Source: an uncultured delta proteobacterium
GTDB lineage: Bacteria; Desulfobacterota; Deferrisomatia; Deferrisomatales; JACRMM01
DNA length: 64,000 bases
NCBI GenBank assembly: GCA_963707045.1
Contig: CAVPOV010000014.1
Coordinates: 62,643 to 126,642 of the forward strand
Direction: 5' to 3'
The notes beneath the pieces are model-generated. The model was not told the origin of the DNA and ran no database searches. It saw only the letters and a program-made list of their open reading frames with translations. The first letter of the stretch is position 1; each line of letters begins with the position of its first letter. Shown one piece after another: positions 62,104-64,000 of the stretch. Both the position numbers and the translations under genes were made by a program.

Positions 62104-62213
62104 CCTCTTATCGAGAGTGGCGGAGGGACCAGGCCCTGCGAAGCCACAGCAACCGGCCCGAGAGGGCGAGGTGCTAATTCCTGCGGGGCGCGACGCCCCG
62201 AGAGATGAGAAGG
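62104..62213 (+). promoter_or_regulatory. SAM-I (S-box) riboswitch upstream of metX
   Basis: CCTCTTATCGAGAGTGGCGGAGGGACCAGGCCCTGCGAAGCCACAGCAACCGG...AGGTGCTAATTCCTGC...GAGAGATGAGAAGG matches the conserved S-box core (CTTATC-AGAG-GG-GGAGGGA-GGCCC-GAAGCC-CAGCAACC...GGTGCTAA-TCC...AGA-GATAAGA). Confidence 0.85.
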
Positions 62214-62294
62214 TCGGCCAACCGTCGGAGCGGGGCCCGGTCGGGCCCCTCGCACTCCACGCCTCCCGGCGCCGTCCTTCCGAGGAGGTCTCCG

Positions 62295-63446
62295 TTGTCG
62301 CCTGAACCCGCCGCGGCCGGCGTGGGGGTCGTGACCCCAAGCCGCGTCGTGCTGTGCGAACCGCCCGACGAGCTCTACCTGCAGAGCGGCCGCATCCTGG
62401 GGCCCGTGGAAGTGGTCTACGAGACCTACGGCACCCTCGCGCCCGCGCGCGACAACGTGGTCCTCGTGTGCCACGCCCTCTCGGGCGACCACCACGTGGC
62501 GGGGTACCACGGACCGGACGACCGGATCGCCGGGTGGTGGGACCCCATGGTGGGGCCCGGGCGACCCATCGACACCGACCGCTATTTCGTCGTCTGCCCC
62601 AACGTCCTCGGCAGCTGCAAGGGGACCACGGGCCCGGCCAGCGTCAACCGGCGCACCGGGGCTCCGTACGGGATGCAGTTCCCGGTGATCACGATACGGG
62701 ACATGGTGCGGGTGCAGGCGCTCCTTCTCGACCGCCTGGGCATCGACCGGCTCCTGTGCGTCATCGGCGGCTCGATGGGGGGCATGCAGGCGCTCGAGTG
62801 GGCCGTGCGCTACCCCGAACGGGTGCGTTCGGTCGTTCCCATCTCCACCACCGCCGCGTCCTCGCCCCTGAGCATCGGGTTCAACAAGATCGGCAGGCGG
62901 GCGATCATGGCGGACCCCAACTGGAAGGGCGGGGACTACTACGGCGGCGAGCCCCCCCGGGACGGCCTCGCGGTCGCGCGGATGATCGGGCACCTCACGT
63001 TCATGAGCGACGCCTCGATGCGCCGCAAGTTCGGGCGGCGGATCTCCGGTCGCGAGGGGATCTACGCGTTCACGGCTCAGTACGACGTGGAGCGCTACCT
63101 GCACTACAACGGGTACAAGTTCCCGGAGCGCTTCGACGCCAACAGCTACCTGTACCTCACGAAGGCCCTGGACACCTTCGACCTGGGGGACGGCTTCGCC
63201 GGCGGGCTGGAAGAGGCCCTCGCCCAGGTGCGGGCCCGGACCCGGTTCGTGACCTTCACCTCGGACTGGCTGTACCCGCCCCTCGACACCGACCTCATGG
63301 AGATCCTCCTGCGCCGCCTCGGGAAGTCCGTGGAGCACGTCCGCGTGGAGAGCGACTACGGCCACGACGCGTTCCTGGTGGAGTCCGACCGCTACGGGCA
63401 CCGCGTGGCCGAGTTCCTGGCCCGAGTCCACGCCTCCGACGACTGA
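62295..63446 (+). CDS. metX: homoserine O-acetyltransferase
   Basis: GAGGAGG lies 6 nt before TTG 62295. ...VLVCHALSGDHHVAG..WWD..VGPG.PIDTDRYFVVCPNVLGSC.GTTGP...VIGGSMGGMQALEW carries the alpha/beta-hydrolase GxSxG motif. This is a known SAM-riboswitch target. Confidence 0.9.
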   Translation: MSPEPAAAGVGVVTPSRVVLCEPPDELYLQSGRILGPVEVVYETYGTLAPARDNVVLVCHALSGDHHVAGYHGPDDRIAGWWDPMVGPGRPIDTDRYFVVCPNVLGSCKGTTGPASVNRRTGAPYGMQFPVITIRDMVRVQALLLDRLGIDRLLCVIGGSMGGMQALEWAVRYPERVRSVVPISTTAASSPLSIGFNKIGRRAIMADPNWKGGDYYGGEPPRDGLAVARMIGHLTFMSDASMRRKFGRRISGREGIYAFTAQYDVERYLHYNGYKFPERFDANSYLYLTKALDTFDLGDGFAGGLEEALAQVRARTRFVTFTSDWLYPPLDTDLMEILLRRLGKSVEHVRVESDYGHDAFLVESDRYGHRVAEFLARVHASDD

Positions 63447-63548
63447 GCGGCGCCGGGCCCCGGCGGTTCCGGGCGCCTCGCGCGGGATGCTATACTCCCG
63501 CCGGTGCCGCCCGCGCCCCCGCTCCGTCCCCCGATCCGGAGGAGAGAC

Positions 63549-64000
63549 TTGCGCCTTCCCCGCCTCCCCCTGCTCCGGACCCTGGGCTGGACCCTCGCCC
63601 TCGCCCTGACCGCCCCCCTGGCGCTCGGAGTCGCGCCGCCCCCCGAGGCGCTGGAACTGCCCGAGGTGGTCGTGCGCGGCATCGACCGGGTGCGTCTGGA
63701 GGCGGAGCGGGAGGGCGTTCTGGCCCTCGAGGCCCCCCGGATCGCCCAGACGCCGCTGAGCGTGGAGCTGCCCGCCGAGACCCTGCCCCAGCCCTCCCTG
63801 CGGGAAGCGCCGCCCGTGCAGTCGCCCGGCTGCGCCTACCGGAACCCGGTGACGGGAGCGCTGGCCCGCGCCACGGGGGGAGCGGAGAGTCTGTACAAGA
63901 GCGCCATGGAGCGGCTGTCCCGGGGCCTGCTGGGAGAGGCGTCCGGCTTTCTCGCCCAGCTCCGTTCCGAGCACCCGGACAGCCCGCTGGCGGGGAACTC
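63549..64000 (+). CDS. secreted protein, N-terminal part (possibly TPR-containing; runs off the window end)
   Basis: GGAGGAGAG lies before TTG 63549. The signal peptide is LRLPRLPLLRTLGWTLALALTAPLALG. The frame is open to the window end, and the terminal ..AMERLSRGLLGEASGFLAQLRSEHPDSPLAGN resembles a TPR helix pair. Confidence 0.45.
   Translation, partial: MRLPRLPLLRTLGWTLALALTAPLALGVAPPPEALELPEVVVRGIDRVRLEAEREGVLALEAPRIAQTPLSVELPAETLPQPSLREAPPVQSPGCAYRNPVTGALARATGGAESLYKSAMERLSRGLLGEASGFLAQLRSEHPDSPLAGN

Noticed and set aside
61401-63974. 857-aa minus-strand ORF opposite the Fur gene, the riboswitch and metX
   Set aside because: It is antisense to well-supported plus-strand features and crosses a riboswitch. 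No motifs are present, so it is a high-GC artefact. The same reasoning was applied to the many 100-670-aa overlapping ORFs in the track.

Overview
High-GC (about 70%) bacterial chromosomal segment covering the replication-origin neighbourhood. The core backbone has five parts. (1) dnaA-dnaN-recF-gyrB lies on the minus strand (24.2-30.4 kb), with a DnaA-box cluster plus AT-rich element in the dnaA-dnaN spacer and three more boxes upstream of dnaA. (2) rpmH-rnpA-yidD-yidC-mnmE-mnmG-rsmG-parA-parB lies on the plus strand (39.4-47.5 kb), with two near-perfect parS palindromes. (3) A full F-type ATP synthase locus occupies 47.6-55.9 kb. (4) nifU-nifS, thioredoxin-fold, MBL, flavoprotein and Fur-family genes follow. 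(5) A SAM-I riboswitch precedes metX. Between a 3-hydroxyacyl-CoA dehydrogenase gene and gyrB (7.9-24.2 kb) lies an all-minus-strand accessory, defence-like island. It holds a Fic islet bracketed by 323-bp direct repeats, a NERD protein, a PLD nuclease-SF2 helicase-DUF3427 fusion, NUDIX and HIT hydrolases each overlapping a nuclease gene, an HNH enzyme, two NTase/HEPN pairs and a 1304-aa coiled-coil protein. A 1383-bp IS with a 16-bp direct repeat sits upstream of dnaA. The most unusual items are a fused triple-hairpin ATP synthase c subunit keeping only one of three carboxylates beside a normal c subunit with a Na+-type motif, the hydrolase-nuclease gene pairs, and the coiled-coil giant flanked by NTase/HEPN modules. 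Major caveat: the window alternates between clean blocks and blocks dense in frame changes, which hit essential genes (gyrB, parAB, atpFHAGDC, nifUS). I call those genes by homology and flag them as frameshifted. Whether they are real pseudogenes or assembly/polishing errors cannot be decided from sequence alone. High GC also produces many long spurious antisense ORFs in the track, which I ignored.
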